Positions 39,085-52,817 of a stretch of 64,000 bases of DNA are shown in pieces. Location of the stretch: assembly GCA_964188305.1 (NCBI GenBank), contig OZ076888.1. One strand, 5' to 3'. Below the pieces are notes generated by a model that did not search any database, was not told the origin of the DNA, and was given only the letters and a program-made list of their open reading frames with translations. A program made the translations under genes and the position numbers. The first letter of the stretch is position 1, and each line of letters opens with the position of its first letter. Origin of the DNA: Podarcis bocagei (taxonomy: Eukaryota).

Positions 39085-39430
39085 AGAAGGGATGGGGAAC
39101 CCTTTTCGGCCTGCATACTACATTCACTTCTGGCTAACTTCTGGTGGCCTCATGTCAGTGGTGGGCGAGGCAAAAGTAGGCAGAGCAATGGATGTAAATG
39201 TTATGTTTGTAGAGTAGAGTAGAGTAGTTTCCACACACAACTCTTTCTATCCTCCATTCAGACAAGACAGGGGCATTATCAGAGGTCAAGGACATATGTC
39301 AGCCAGGCAAAAACATATGGGGCACAAGGCAGGAGCAGTGAGGGGTGTGGCCTGTGGAGAGTATTGAGGGCTAGACAGAGGCACCTAGAAGATGGAATGT
39401 GGTCCCTGAGCCTGAGTTGCCTCATCACTG
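39085..39430. mobile_element. Old hAT-like element; related copy at ~31600-32115
   Basis: Shared blocks ggcagagcaatg(g), caaccaggcaaaagcat and gggcctgaggttcc between the two regions. Confidence 0.5.
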
Positions 39431-40576
39431 TTTTACTACCACACATTTAGAAAAGTATTTCATGAGATGATGATGCTAGGAGAGCATAAACATGGAAACA
39501 TTAAAATCAAAGCAATGTGAATTATCGGAATGTCTGCTTCAGCTATGTAAAGGCTGGCAGGCAAAGGTCTAAAACTACGAGTGCCTACAGGTAAACCAAA
39601 AATATCCATCCGTCCTACAGCACTATGAATTGATGGAGCTTCCCTGACATTCGTATCCAGAAGTAAACCCTCCAGCAGTTGGTGTACTGTGGTCTCTTAA
39701 GAGTGGGCAATAGACATCTAACGGAATGTGCAGACCACCCATGAGAAGGAAAGTAGGTCCATGCTTCCTAGGAAATGTGATGAGCAGTGTTGCGCTTTAA
39801 CAATAGCAATGTGTGAATAATGCTGTGTTATATTTTAAAACAACATTGTTTTTCGAAATGATTTTTTTAAAGAAAAGGCTAACAATAAAACAGCCACAAA
39901 ACAGTCACAGACATACTAAACGTTTGTATCATCATTTCATCTCATTCTCTTAATCACCACATTAACCTGGTATTCTTTGCACAATTGCTGACTGCTATAC
40001 TAAAATTAGGTCAGAAATTCATCAGCTGACTCCATCCAGTAAGAGACAAAGACTTTATCAGTACACTCAGAAGGAATAGCTTAAGACTCACTTATTAGAA
40101 AAGATATATGAGGTATGTTTTGTTACTATTAACCATCCTGCCAAAATCATTCTTAATGCCACTGCTATTCATGAAAGCATCATTCTCACTTCCATTTTAG
40201 TCCAGGGGAAAATGTGCAATACAATGGATGTGAATGTCTTCCCCCCCCCTTTTTTTTACACAAGAGGTATGTAATACTTCCTATTGTCTTAGAATTTTTT
40301 TACAACTGTTTTTAACAATTTAAGATACAAGACAATTATTGTATGGTTCAGCACATAAAACACACACATACCTATCAGAAACCCTGAAGCACAGCAATTT
40401 GTTTGGGATTAAATGATGTATTGTGGAAAATATTTCCTACCATCTTATTCACAGATCACCCTGTAATACCTATCACTGTCCAGAACTACGGCTACTGGTA
40501 TTAGCCTTCCTGTTTTTGTTCTTTAAAAAATCAGTATCCCCCCCCCCACATATACACACATGAAGACATATTAGAG

Positions 40577-40825
40577 CAGGGGTCAGCAAACTTTTTCAGC
40601 AGGGGGCCGGCCCACTGCCCCTCAGACCTTGTGGGGGGCCAGACTATTTTTTGGGGGGGAGAGAAAAATTTCCTATGCCCCACAAATAATCCAGAGATGC
40701 ATTTTAAATAAAAGGACACATTCTACTCTTGTAAAAACACACTGATTCCCGGACTGTCCGTGGGCCGGATTTAGAAGGCGATTGGGCCGGATCCGGCCCC
40801 CGGGCCTTAGTTTCCCTACCAATAG
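40577..40825. mobile_element. hAT/Charlie MITE
   Basis: Left end CAGGGGTCAGCAAAC; subterminal gggccgg repeats; TSD tattagag/cattagag. Confidence 0.85.
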
Positions 40826-43305
40826 CATTAGAGGAGCCAGTCTGTGAAAAAGTACCAAGTCCTTTATCATCCTTCTAAAACTCCATATAAAAGAGCAGTA
40901 CTGTTTCCATATTTTTTGGAGTGGGCTCAAGGTTTTTTGCTGCCTGCCGCAGAGCTCAAAAGGTGTCAGGCCATCACCTTCAAATGTCTCGCTGCTTCAG
41001 ATGTGATGATGCTCCAGACCTATCCAAGGCACTCCACTCAACCACAGCTACAAGCAAGCACCATCTCAGTACCATACTCCAATTGGAAAACAGACAGAGA
41101 TAGATGAATCTAGTAAATCAGTAACATTCGTCTGCACTTGGAACCTGAAGGCAATCATATTATTTTTCCCACCCTACTTGGCCTTCATCAGGTCAACATG
41201 GGCTTGGCTCCAACTCACAAATAATCACTTGTATCTCTTTAAGCTCACCAACCAGTTGCTACCCATCTGTGGAAGCCACACTTTTCAATTCCCCAATTGA
41301 AGGCTAATTCATATATGCATGGACATCGCTCGGTAAATGCCAGCACTGACAGTGTGTGAGCGTTAATTACCCCATTGAAACACTGCACTTCAAGTGAAGT
41401 GAGGTGATATGACACCCATGCACTTGTGGAGGTGCGATGTCTGTTTCACAGTTGCAGATCTTTATTGATGCTGTAGTCCTCAAGTGATGAGCATGCATAT
41501 GTAAATATAGGAGTCCAACAAGCATGTGAAGGGGAAGATATCTTTTGCTTCTCCTAAGTGGAATGCTACTAAATGCTACAGAAACCTTCTCTAACATTCT
41601 TCCTCTTCTCTGCGACCAAAGAATAGGTTTCTAATTTTCTCTCACACGGCTGCTGGATAAGGAACAATGATACTGGTGCACCAGACAGCACTGTCTGGAG
41701 ATTAATAGATAGTCTGTTTCACTGTTTTGTTTCTAATCTATCAAGCACTCAAAAACATGTCATCAATATAATTAAAACAAGTGAATCTCTCCAATGTGCT
41801 TGGAAAGAATAGATTTCTTCCTGGGCTGGAGTCCCAGTAAATGTGAGAATTGCAATTATTAATTTCTCTATATATGTATTTTTAAAAATGGGCAGACTTC
41901 AGCACTAAAGGCCATTTTGGAAATGTGTCACAAGCCTAAGGGATGTGGCTGATTTAAGTGTAAAATTAGCATGATCTGCATATCATCTCCATGTTTCTGA
42001 TACAATGAGTTACAGCCCAGGGATATAATTGCATCTATCAAAACAATTTCGGAATAAGATTATTGTATGGATATGAAAAATCTGGGTTGATCTTTGAAAG
42101 AAGATTCCTTTTCAGTGGGCTTGGATATCATAGCTTCAGAATTCTCAACCAGTGATATCTATGGCAAATCTAGACAAGATGTAAGTACTGATGGTAGAAG
42201 GGAAGGCTAAACTGGGAAGAGATGTTCAGCCGATTCAAGATGGGGATCACACTCCCCCTGAAGAAACACTTTGGGGAAACATTTCCTGGCTCCAGTTTTT
42301 GCTCCTGGATAGACAGGAGAAATGACATTTTCAGCCGTATTCTACTGTTTGTCCTTCTGAGAACATTCACTAGCTGACTACCAGTAGCATACGACCACAT
42401 AAGTAGGAAAAACATCACATAATACAAGCACCACATAAAGGTCAATTGAAACCACATGCTACCTTCTCTCCACCTCTCTTCCAAGAAATATACATTCAGT
42501 GTAATCCAATATTCATTTGATTTGGCGGGGGGGGGGGGGGTTGAGATATACAGATATAGATGATACATAGCTATTGATATAGATATATGGTATGGAGAAG
42601 CTGAAGGCGTTTCTGTTGTGTTCCCCATTGCAGCTCATGAGGCAAGCCATGGTTTATGTCTTAAAGTGGCATGCTTCATTCAGCTGTGAAAGCAGTAGAA
42701 CAGGAAGCTACAGGGGAAATCCATGGCTGTACTTGTGGTTCTCGTATCCGCATTCAAACAGCCAAACTCTGAAATCCATAATGCAAACCAGTGCTTGAAA
42801 TCCACGTTCTCCTTGTGACATTTCTGGCCAGAACAAGTGACCCTTGTCAAACTCCCTTAGACATAGCCAGCCAAAGGATGCCCTCTTTTTTATATACATG
42901 CAGCTGAAAGCATTGTCAAGTGGGCCCCTGTTTTAAGCCATGGTATATGTGCAAGTTCTCATTTGCCACTCTCCTGAAGGCAGTGCAGTGAGGGACAGGC
43001 TCCCCTCTTCCTTCCTTCCATGACATGCAATGGGATGGGTAACACAGCTTGGACAATCTGCCGGGAAGTGGACTATATACTGTATTAGCTTCAACAGCAT
43101 CATTATATCCTAACAGAGCTATCGCTGTTCCATTAGGCTACCAGTCTCATTGACCTCCAAAACCAACATCACTTCCTTGAAATAGCCATGTCAACCCTCA
43201 ACTAGTGGAGACAATCTTTTAATCTGTAACCAACATTTCAGATTTTGAAGGGACCTGTTTACTCTTTCTCAATCAACCCTGATTTTTAACAAAACCAGAT
43301 AGTTA

Positions 43306-43599
<294 letters not shown>

Positions 43600-45566
43600 T
43601 TACTAGCTTAAGATCAACTTTCTCCAATGTCATTTTACATAAAGCTGAAGAAAGATCTGAGTGACCGCTGAATTTTATATTTTAAAAAATGGGGGATTAG
43701 CCACTGTGTTTCTTTTCATCCCGGGAGTCCTAGCTGAAATATGAAACCTTCCTAGCAACTAGGTGAGCATAACCTACTTCAGTTTGCTTTCTCCTCCGAT
43801 GCTTCATCTTAAGACTGGGAACAAATGCAGACTTTCTGGCTACAAATTACCTTGTTTAACATTCAGTTTGATGAAGAGTAATGACAACCTCAAAGACTTG
43901 CTCACTTTTTTGCACTGCCCTACTTTGGATTTCAAAATTTGCTTTCCAGATATTTTTGAAGTAGACTTAAATTTAGAGCAAGCATGTCTTTTGTTGTCAC
44001 CTTAGGCACATTAATTTTGTCTGACACTGTTTTTCATGGTTTTGCAGGAGGATTAATGCATGGATCTTGGCTGCCAGGGATGTGTTTGCACTAGATCCAT
44101 ACGTGCATTCAGATTCATTGGATCATCTTTACTCCAATGGTTTCCCATGCCATATGCACAAGCCTCTAAATACACTTCAGGACAGAAAAAAGCAAGCTGG
44201 GGCTTCAGAAGGAAGAACTGAAAGCCAACCCAATAAGCCCCAAAGGGCTCTTAACAATGACATTGCCACGTGAAGATTATTTGCAGTTCTCATTACATTC
44301 ATTTATGATTGTATTTGATCTTAAACACTGGGAAAACATTGTGCAACCTCTGTATGAATGAACTTCAGGCAAGTGCAACAGACACGAGGTTTGGATATGG
44401 TGGAAATAGCCTGCTTACATCTTTCAGTCATTTACTTTGTTCACACCCCTTGAAAAATTCTTGCAGATGCTCATGACTGTCTTAGAACCAAATTTTCTGA
44501 TGAGTTAATATCAGCATCATTCTCAAAATTTGCATTGGCAAAGATTTGGATCCAAATAATACACTGAACAGGTGGAAGGCAATTCTACTCATACAAAGAG
44601 TGTTTTGTTTATTCCAGTTTTCTCCTGTCTTCAGTCCCTTGTGCTCCTTTTGAAAAACTGATTCCACAAAGGTAGGCGGACTGTTTAGAGTAGCCTGTTG
44701 GATGACATAGGAGACTACAGATAGGGTGACCTTGCCTGCTTCTCCACACTAAGGAAGTACCTTCCACTCTTGCAGAGAGATCTCTAAATTGCCTTTAAAC
44801 TGGTGATATAGTCTAACCATGTAACAGGAGTCTATTTTTCTACTTGGTTATTTTTCCCCCCTTCTGAAATGATTAAATTCATTGTGACACCTCAACATGA
44901 AAAATGAAAATTCTGCCATGATACAGAATTTCACAGGAACTTTCTCTGGCCCTGCAGTGGGGATGAAAATGGGGAGACACTGGATCTATACGTGCAGATG
45001 TTAATAGGGACCATATCAGCCTAAAATCCAGGAACATCAGTTTGAGTTAGGCTAGCTGATCTCTTAGAACCGGTTTGAGGGAAAGAGTATTGAATTAAGG
45101 GGATCAACCATAACAAAACCAGTAATATTGTGTTTAGAAATGAGGCTCCAAATGAACTGGTTATAAATACCAGGTGCCCCATGGAGCTTCATGAACATCA
45201 TTGAATTTTTAATGTATTTTTTCTCAAGTTGTGTCTATACCTATAATGAATCAATCAACAATGCAGAACCTTCATCTATCACTTTTTCATGAAATTTGAA
45301 CCAGGGTTCATGTCATGCTTTCTTAGGTTACCCAGCTGCCATATAGGCTGCATACATGTCATACATTCAACACACATTCCAGCAAAGAGTCCTGGGAACT
45401 AGCTTCAGGGTGCTGGGAATTGAAGTTCTGTGAAGGGTAAAATGCCATATATATTAATCACGAATAATTATAATAATAATTTATCTATTTCAGTAGACTG
45501 GGTTTATAAGAGTCCTTGCTATATAAATATTATTGGATGTTCTGAATTTTATATGTTAGATGTATT

Positions 45567-45567
<1 letters not shown>

Positions 45568-45612
<45 letters not shown>
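45568..45612. repeat. (GT)n microsatellite
   Basis: Read directly from the sequence. Confidence 0.95.
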
Positions 45613-45616
<4 letters not shown>

Positions 45617-45909
45617 TGTATTTGGTCTTATGTAGGCTTTGTACTTAGAGTATGCAAGTGGAACCTGCAACAAAATGTTGTCATTACAAAAAGCAGTGCT
45701 CCTCTTCAGGGTTCCAGCCGCCTAGTCTCTCCACCCCACACCCCACCATGCTACTCTCCTGGCTGTCACTCTACATTCTGAGATTGCTGAGCTATTCCAA
45801 TCCTTTTTGGGCTGTTGGAGGGAGGGTTCTGCATACTTAGGGGTTTTTTAATTGATACCTCCCCTCTTGTTTCTGAATAGTTCTGTTTCGCCTACAATTT
45901 TGGTGGCAC

Positions 45910-46000
45910 CTCTCACCCAAATTTGATTGCTACCTGATCATCTCTCACCTAAATTTGATTGCTGCCTGATCATCTCTCACCCAAATTTGATTGCTGCCTG
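45910..46000. repeat. 32-bp minisatellite, about 2.8 copies
   Basis: Unit ctctcacccaaatttgattgct(a/g)cctgatcat. Confidence 0.92.
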
Positions 46001-49000
46001 TTCTTTGGCACAGAACATGTGGGAATGGGCTATAAGGAATAACCACGCGGCTTAGACAACCTCCCTGGAGTTTGATCATTTGGGGAAAGGTCTGGAGCAT
46101 TTATGACAGTGACAGCCAACAGTGTCTATAGAATAGGAAGGTCATCACCGCCTAGAAAGCACAGCATGGTTTAAAATTTCCACTACTTTCTCTTCCTCTC
46201 ACAGCTAGAGTCAAGAATCAGTTGCAGGATAGTAGGAGATGCCTTCGCCCCTGCAATCAGTTATCAGCAGGGAAGCAGTGAAGGGCACCAGAGAATACAT
46301 GTATTTTTAAGTTTTACTGTTCCTGCCAGTTTGTTCACTTTATGGCAAGGTGAATCAGCTCAATGAATAATATTCCACCCAAGGACTCTCATGACTAACT
46401 GAAATATCATTATAATCATTCTCATGCAATTTCTGTAAATGAGGATAAATTATTAATTGAGTTTGCAATTCAGGAATGAGGGAATCAAGTATCTGACTTT
46501 TTTTTAAAGTGCAGACTTGATATGGCAGAGGCAAGGTTAAGCTAGTAAAGCAAAAACAATAGCAGAATACATCATAACGTTCAAGCAACTAAAGTCACAT
46601 GTCCCCATCCAGCTAGGGCTACATTAAGAGGCTCTGCGTGCATCATCCCTGATCTTGTCCTCCAATGGGCTGCACTATGAATGAGATTTTGTCTGGATAA
46701 TTAGCAATACCTGGCTTGAACTGCTCATTGGAAAAGAGGGAAAGCAAGAGGATGGCTTTTGTCTTCCCATCCCTTATTTCCTCATTTAGATAATTGGGAT
46801 TTTAGCAGATCATCTGATCAGGTGGATGTAAAGAAGTCTGATGTTCCATGTGCACACAGTTAGATAAGAGAGCTGGACTTTGACCCAGCATGACTATGAA
46901 GTTCTAATGTGTGTAGGCTTCCCCATTCATTTCAGTGGCATGGAAAATTCTGCATAGGAATGGAAACCCAGAGATTTTCAACCTACTGAACTGCACAAGG
47001 AAGCCCTTTCAAGAATGTGAAATTAGTGTGTGCAGCAGAGCTCCTGTGTGTGAAAGGGTCTTCCAAGTTTGGCTGCGTTCTGAAGAGGCTACAGTGCCAG
47101 GGGGGTGGTACTGAATATCTGGATTGACCCTAAAACTCAATGAACACATGCAACTCATTTGTGCAAAGCAGGTCCCTACACAAGTTCTGGCAATTTTCAC
47201 CACACTACTGCAAACATTCATTTTTGGTGTTTCTGAAGCCTCGCTCTTTTACAATGAAACCTTACAATGAATACTGCTTGCCACATGAAGCTGCTACTGC
47301 ATTGCTTGCATTGCAAGTGTTTCCCACTCTGCAGTTTGCATGTGTGATTTGAGCTGTAAAAAAATGCTGTGCTGCAGGAGAAATAAAATATGGACCATCA
47401 AATGGAACAAGTTGCTAAAATAAAAATAATGAGTGCCTTCCATAGTTCATTGATATATATATAAAAGAAACTCACAACCATTTTCTATCAGTTTAATAGC
47501 TACGTATCACATTTTTAAGGGCCAACTGATTTCTTTTCAGATAGGCAGAAGAATTAAAAAAAGAGTTGGGCACATACCCCAGTAGTATACCATCCCTCTC
47601 CCTGAATGTTCACTTGCATTTTACAACATAACAATTAGCTCATCTGAAGTACACTCTTCTCACCACAGATGTTATATGGAGTACCACTTGTAGTGTTTGG
47701 GCTCTGCTTTCATTCTGTGCTTCTTGAATTGCTTACAAGACAGTAAGTGCAAAGAGGCTAGGCCACATCCAATATCTGGCAGACTGCTGACTACAGCACC
47801 ACTGTTAAAGACCTAATGGCACTGGTATGTTATACACTGGGTTCCCACCCCCACTTCTTCAGAGTTGCTGTCTTTTATGAAATGGTTTTCAGAAGACAAA
47901 TTATTTCTTTGCTAGGCACATTGTCAATGAAGCTCTCATATACATGTCTGCCTGCTGCCTTGTTAATTTTTAAGCAGACTTGATTTTTATTTATTTATTT
48001 AAAGGAAATGTTTTCTAATTCCACATGGCCCACATACAGGGAATAAAGCATTAGGCTTCTTCAAAAGCACAAAGGCAGACTGCATTGCTACACATAGTGC
48101 AAAGTTTGCAAGAATCAACTCTTCTGACATACTCAACCAGGTTGATCCAGAAACTTTCTATTCTGTCGCTGGCTACCCTTGTTGTAAATGGGAATTATGC
48201 CAACTGTAAAAGGATCTCTCTTTTAATAACACAAATGGTTAAAAGGAGCTCCTTCAAAATAATGAGGGGGGAAAGGCATTGCATACCTGAAATAAAACAA
48301 TGCTTTCAAGAAGGTGTGTTTATATTATGTCTCTAGGTCAGAAATAAAGAGCTTTACAAACCCAATAAATGTGCACAAAGGATAAATCTCCCCTTCCTTG
48401 TGATTGCACTCCTCAAAGCCTCTAGAATGTGGAGTACTACTGTTGTTGTTTACTTGTCAACCAGAAGTCCTTCACATATGTGTTGTGATCCCAAAATGCA
48501 CAATTTCCTAACAAGCAAGTAGCATGTGACTGGATAGCCAACAGCCAGCACTACCTATAATTAGGAGATTAAGATTATCCCAACATTACCAGGACAATAG
48601 GTCTTTTAATTTAGGAGAAATACTTATTTGCTTTCTGCTTAACTAAATTGTTTTCCATGTTCTTCAAGACGTGTATTGTGGGGAGGGCAAGATAAAGTGA
48701 AGATCTTTTGGCTAAGGGAAACATATTTGAAATGTTGTGAAATATTAATGGTGTGGGATGCCTAATAAGTAACTAACACAGCTGTTAGGTATTATATCAA
48801 TTAATACGTCAGAAAAATAGCTAGCAACCTTTTAATAATTTAATGTTGCCTTTACAAATGAAAACTCCAGACACCAAATGTTCTTATTATCAGGCACCTA
48901 ATGTGTAGAAGAACATTAAATAATCCCAAATACATTACAGTATTATTTGGTTTTGCTGTGGTTTGATTAATGTCTCCCCAAACAAAGTTCCTGCTTAGAT

Positions 49001-49379
49001 ATTTCAGGGTTGTAAATCATTCCATTTCTGCCAATATGCCTCTCTGATAAGTGATATAGTGATATATAAATATAGATAAGCACTGTATTTCATTAGCATG
49101 CTTAGAGATTCTTTTTTTAAAAAAACCAAAACAAACCATGTACATACCAAGATTAAAGTCCTCGGGGGACTGCTAAGTGCAATAATTAAAGGTGACTTTT
49201 GTCTGTAAAAGCCCTTTCCTGTGGTTTATCTCAGTGCAGTCTGAAGGGATATTTCAGCACCATAAAAACAGATTTTGCAGATTGGCTCAGTTTTTCTTCA
49301 ATTAAAGTGCTTGAGATCTTCTTGGCAAACATTTCCAGATTGTAGCATTCTGCATCTCTAGAAGTCAGCGTGTTGCATT

Positions 49380-50300
49380 AAAAATAAAAGAGCGATCTTC
49401 TCGGCGTGGGATTAAAATAGCCTTTTTAAAGTTTGACTTTCAAAAATGCAGTGGGGCTGGGGGGAAAGAGCGGATCTGGCATCTTAAATCCACATTGAGA
49501 GAAAGAACAGCAAAGGTTTCAGGGGGGCATCAACGGCACCCTGCTTTGAAGTCCAGCAGGAAAGAAATGGGAGGAATTTTTTTGCCCACTTCACCACACA
49601 GAAGATTACAACACCAGCATATGCAGTGGCAGAGAGGTGGCTAAGGTGCCTCATTGGAGTGGATGCTGTGAAGACCAAAAGAAAAGACAAGGAGGGATAG
49701 AAAACATCCTATCCAAATGGCTTCTTGCAACAGAAAAAGATGCTCTCTCCTTTCTTTCATTGCCACCTAGACAGCGAAGGTTTGAAACAGTCTCTCTCAC
49801 GCTCGCCCGGTGACTACAAGCAGGCTCTCTCTCTCTCTCTCTCTCCCTCTCTGTTGATGCTGTTGTTGATTAATCAGGGATTCTCAAACAAAGAGCAAGC
49901 CTACCTTCGGCAATGAGCAGTAATCTGGAGCTCCTCTTTTTCTGCAATCCGCTTGCGTTCAGCATCAAAGCAGCCAGCATTCTAGCACCCTGGACAGTTC
50001 CCGTTTGCTTAGGCCCATTGGAGAAAAAGGAGGCGAAGGAGCAAGTGAAGAAATGACAAGAGACCGGAAAGCAGCCGCCTTCTACTTCAGCTTGCTGTCC
50101 CCAGGGGCGCAGCTGCTCATTAAAGCTTCCTATCTAGGCAACAGATTCTCCCCCTTTTATCTTCGCTGCACTGAAGTCTGATTAGCAAAATAATCCAGGT
50201 TTTTTTTTGGGGGGGGGAGCGGGAGTGGAGGAGGGAGGGACCTGCACAAATTCAGGCTCTCTAGGTAGGACACAGCACGGCACAGCACTGCTCCATTCTT
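49380..50300 (-). promoter_or_regulatory. NYAP2: Probable NYAP2 promoter / non-coding first exon region
   Basis: TE-free, locally CpG-enriched stretch 6-7 kb upstream of the first coding exon, which needs an upstream exon because it begins with an acceptor. Candidate donor CCGAAG|gtaggc at 49905. Confidence 0.45.
49981..50001 (+). promoter_or_regulatory. RE1/NRSE-like REST-binding motif
   Basis: TCTAGCACCCTGGACAGTTCC versus consensus TTCAGCACCnnGGACAGnnCC; canonical spacing is kept. Confidence 0.55.
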
Positions 50301-51584
50301 CTCCCCCTCCTACTCAAAAAAAGAAAGAAAGAAAGATTTTTTTCCAAAAAAAAAAAAAATGTCCCTCCACAGAGAATGGGCAAGTTAACCTTTAGCCCAT
50401 GTTATGGCTCCAGGAAATGAGCAGCCACTTAGAGGGAACATCTAAGTCTCAGTTTGATACCTCATATTGATGTATCGCTTGCACTCACCCTCACTGTAAA
50501 AAGCCGTGCAAGGCTCACAATTACTGCTGACGCAGATTAGGCTGCTGCTTGGGGAAAGGTAGGAGGAGCTTTTTAACCTCATCAAAACAACCTCCCACCA
50601 CCTGCTCCTACTGCATGAGCGAATAGACCTCCCCTATTTGGAATGCATATCTGTATAATGTGCGATTTGACAGCAGGGATATTTGAAACACAGCAGGGCA
50701 GTTTTATGCCCTCCTGCAAAGTTCATCTCTCTAAAGAAATATTTAGTTTCTGTTCACTGATTCAGAGTCCTGGGGATAGACCCACCAGCCACCTAGTCCA
50801 AATCCCTGTCTGCTATTCAAGGCAGAGTTCTCCGCCTACCACCTAAGGTTCTATAATTCAGCCTGTGCTATCCACAAAACAATGCACTGTGAGCAGGTAT
50901 CCTGCAGAGACTGCGTTGACAGAGAAGAGAGCTTCCAAAGACTCAAGCAAGCAAGCCAAGACATAGCATTGCAGAGAATGCAAAAGGCTTCTTCACATGT
51001 TACAATGAACACAGGTACAAGCTATCTCTGCACATGTAGAAATGTTTGTGTGGAAGAGTATACGCTTGTTAATTTCTACAGCACACCTATTTTGTAGACA
51101 GGTACACAGATTCTAGACATTTTAAATGTTACATGTGAATAATGGTATGAGTGTTCACCTCAAGTATTAGTGTACATGGATTGTGCCCTCATTGGTGTGA
51201 ATGCCCCTAAAAAGAACCCAGATCTGGAGAATTCATCCAACCCAGTGAATCCAAACTGAAGGAAAATCTTTAGTGTCAAATATGGCAATTAATAAGAAAG
51301 CAAAGAAGACCTGACCATTGACTGACACTTCCCAGAATAAATGGTTGTGGTAGGCAAATTTAATTATATAAAACTCAGCACTTTGATTCTAGCTGTGACA
51401 GTACCCAATGACACAGAAGTCTCAAGGACTATAGCCTGGTGCAGCCAGGATTGGTACAAATGAAGAATTAAACTTCCATTCTGAACTAGATGTAAACAGT
51501 TGCTTGGTGCTCAAATCTGCAGCCTGATTTCACAATCCAGTAAACAATCCAGCAGAACTATGTATGACCTGTGGTTTAAGATAA

Positions 51585-51985
51585 AGTGCTGTTGCCATCC
51601 GTCTGTCTCAAGAGACACTGGAATGCACCTCTGGGGGTTTATAGTCATGTCCACCTTTGGTCCCCACTCTGCACTCAGCTCTCACCTGTGGTTCCTAGAA
51701 GCTGTCAGCATGTGACAGTGACCAGAAACCAGGAAATGGCTTCGATTGCCCAGCTAAACCAGGTGAGGGTAGCCAATGGTTCCCAAACCCTCAGTGAGTT
51801 AGGGACTTCCCCTGCAGACAGGCTCCAGAAGATTGAGCAGACAAGATCAAGAGTGGGTCCAACAATCAAGAAGACAGTTTCGACACATGCTGTAGAGGGA
51901 AATGAGGGGCAGATGGGGCTCATCAGCCTGGGAAAGTAGCTCCTCTAGGACAAGGAAAACTCTGGTCCTAAACCTCCACTGCCAA
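51585..51985 (+). mobile_element. RTE-type LINE 5'UTR-derived fragment
   Basis: Recognised RTE 5'UTR-like blocks gctaaaccaggtgagggtagcc and tctaggacaaggaaaactctggtcctaaacctccactgcc. Boundaries are approximate. Confidence 0.55.
51636..51769 (+). ncRNA. HDV-like self-cleaving ribozyme fold with a hairpin inserted in L3; this copy is probably decayed
   Basis: P1 GGUUUAU/AGAAACC; P2 CUCUCACCUGU/AC(C)AGGUGAGGG; P3 GGU/ACC; L3 starts UCCUAG; short P4; J4/2 GCUAA. Confidence 0.6.
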
Positions 51986-52817
51986 ATGGCTATAGTCATT
52001 CATGAAAAAGGCTTTGGGAGGATGAGATGTGATGGTTTGGATTTACCAGGCTTTGGGAGGACTATATGGTTTGGATTTAGTACATTCTCTCCTTCGCGCT
52101 CCTCCAGACAGCTGATATATGTTACTCAGATCATCTGAATGGTTTTCATATACTTTATAGTGTTGGGATATTTCTTTTCTGACTCTAGGGAATTGCAGAT
52201 ACATCATGGTAGAAAATCACACAAAATTCATCATGACCCTGAGCTGGTTTTACACAGCGTAGGAGTGCTTTGCCCCTTTTATTTATTTTCATGGTCCCCC
52301 TGTCCTTTTCATCTCTAATTATATACTCCAGATATATGAAAGACTGGTCAGTGATCGTTGGACATACATTCCACCAAAGCTGGAGCAGCTCAAGGCTAAA
52401 AACAGTGATTATACACTCAACCACAGTTTAAAGTCATCTTAAAGATAACATAATACTACCCCTTGATAGTGGACCTTACTTTGCCCCACTTTCATTTTCA
52501 CACAAATACTATAATTTTATCTAACCTTTAAGAGAATTCAAGGCATTCTTAGGAACATAGTCCAATTCTTATTTCAAATAACCTTAAGTCTAAAACAGAA
52601 GCAAGTAGCATGCACTCACATTCAGCTATGTGCCCTATCACTAATGGCAAGTGGGCTGCCCAATTCTGCAGCAGTTTGAGATTTCCTGGTGCCTTCAGAA
52701 TCATTCATATAGTCACTGCATTGGGCTAATTGGTCACTGAGGTTACTGGACTGATCATATGCAATATTACTCCATGGGAATTGTGCATGCATTTTGCTGG
52801 ATACTATAGAGTGATAT

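Noticed and set aside
45910-46000. CRISPR-like array (32-bp repeats)
   Set aside because: The units are directly adjacent with no spacers, and the context is eukaryotic.
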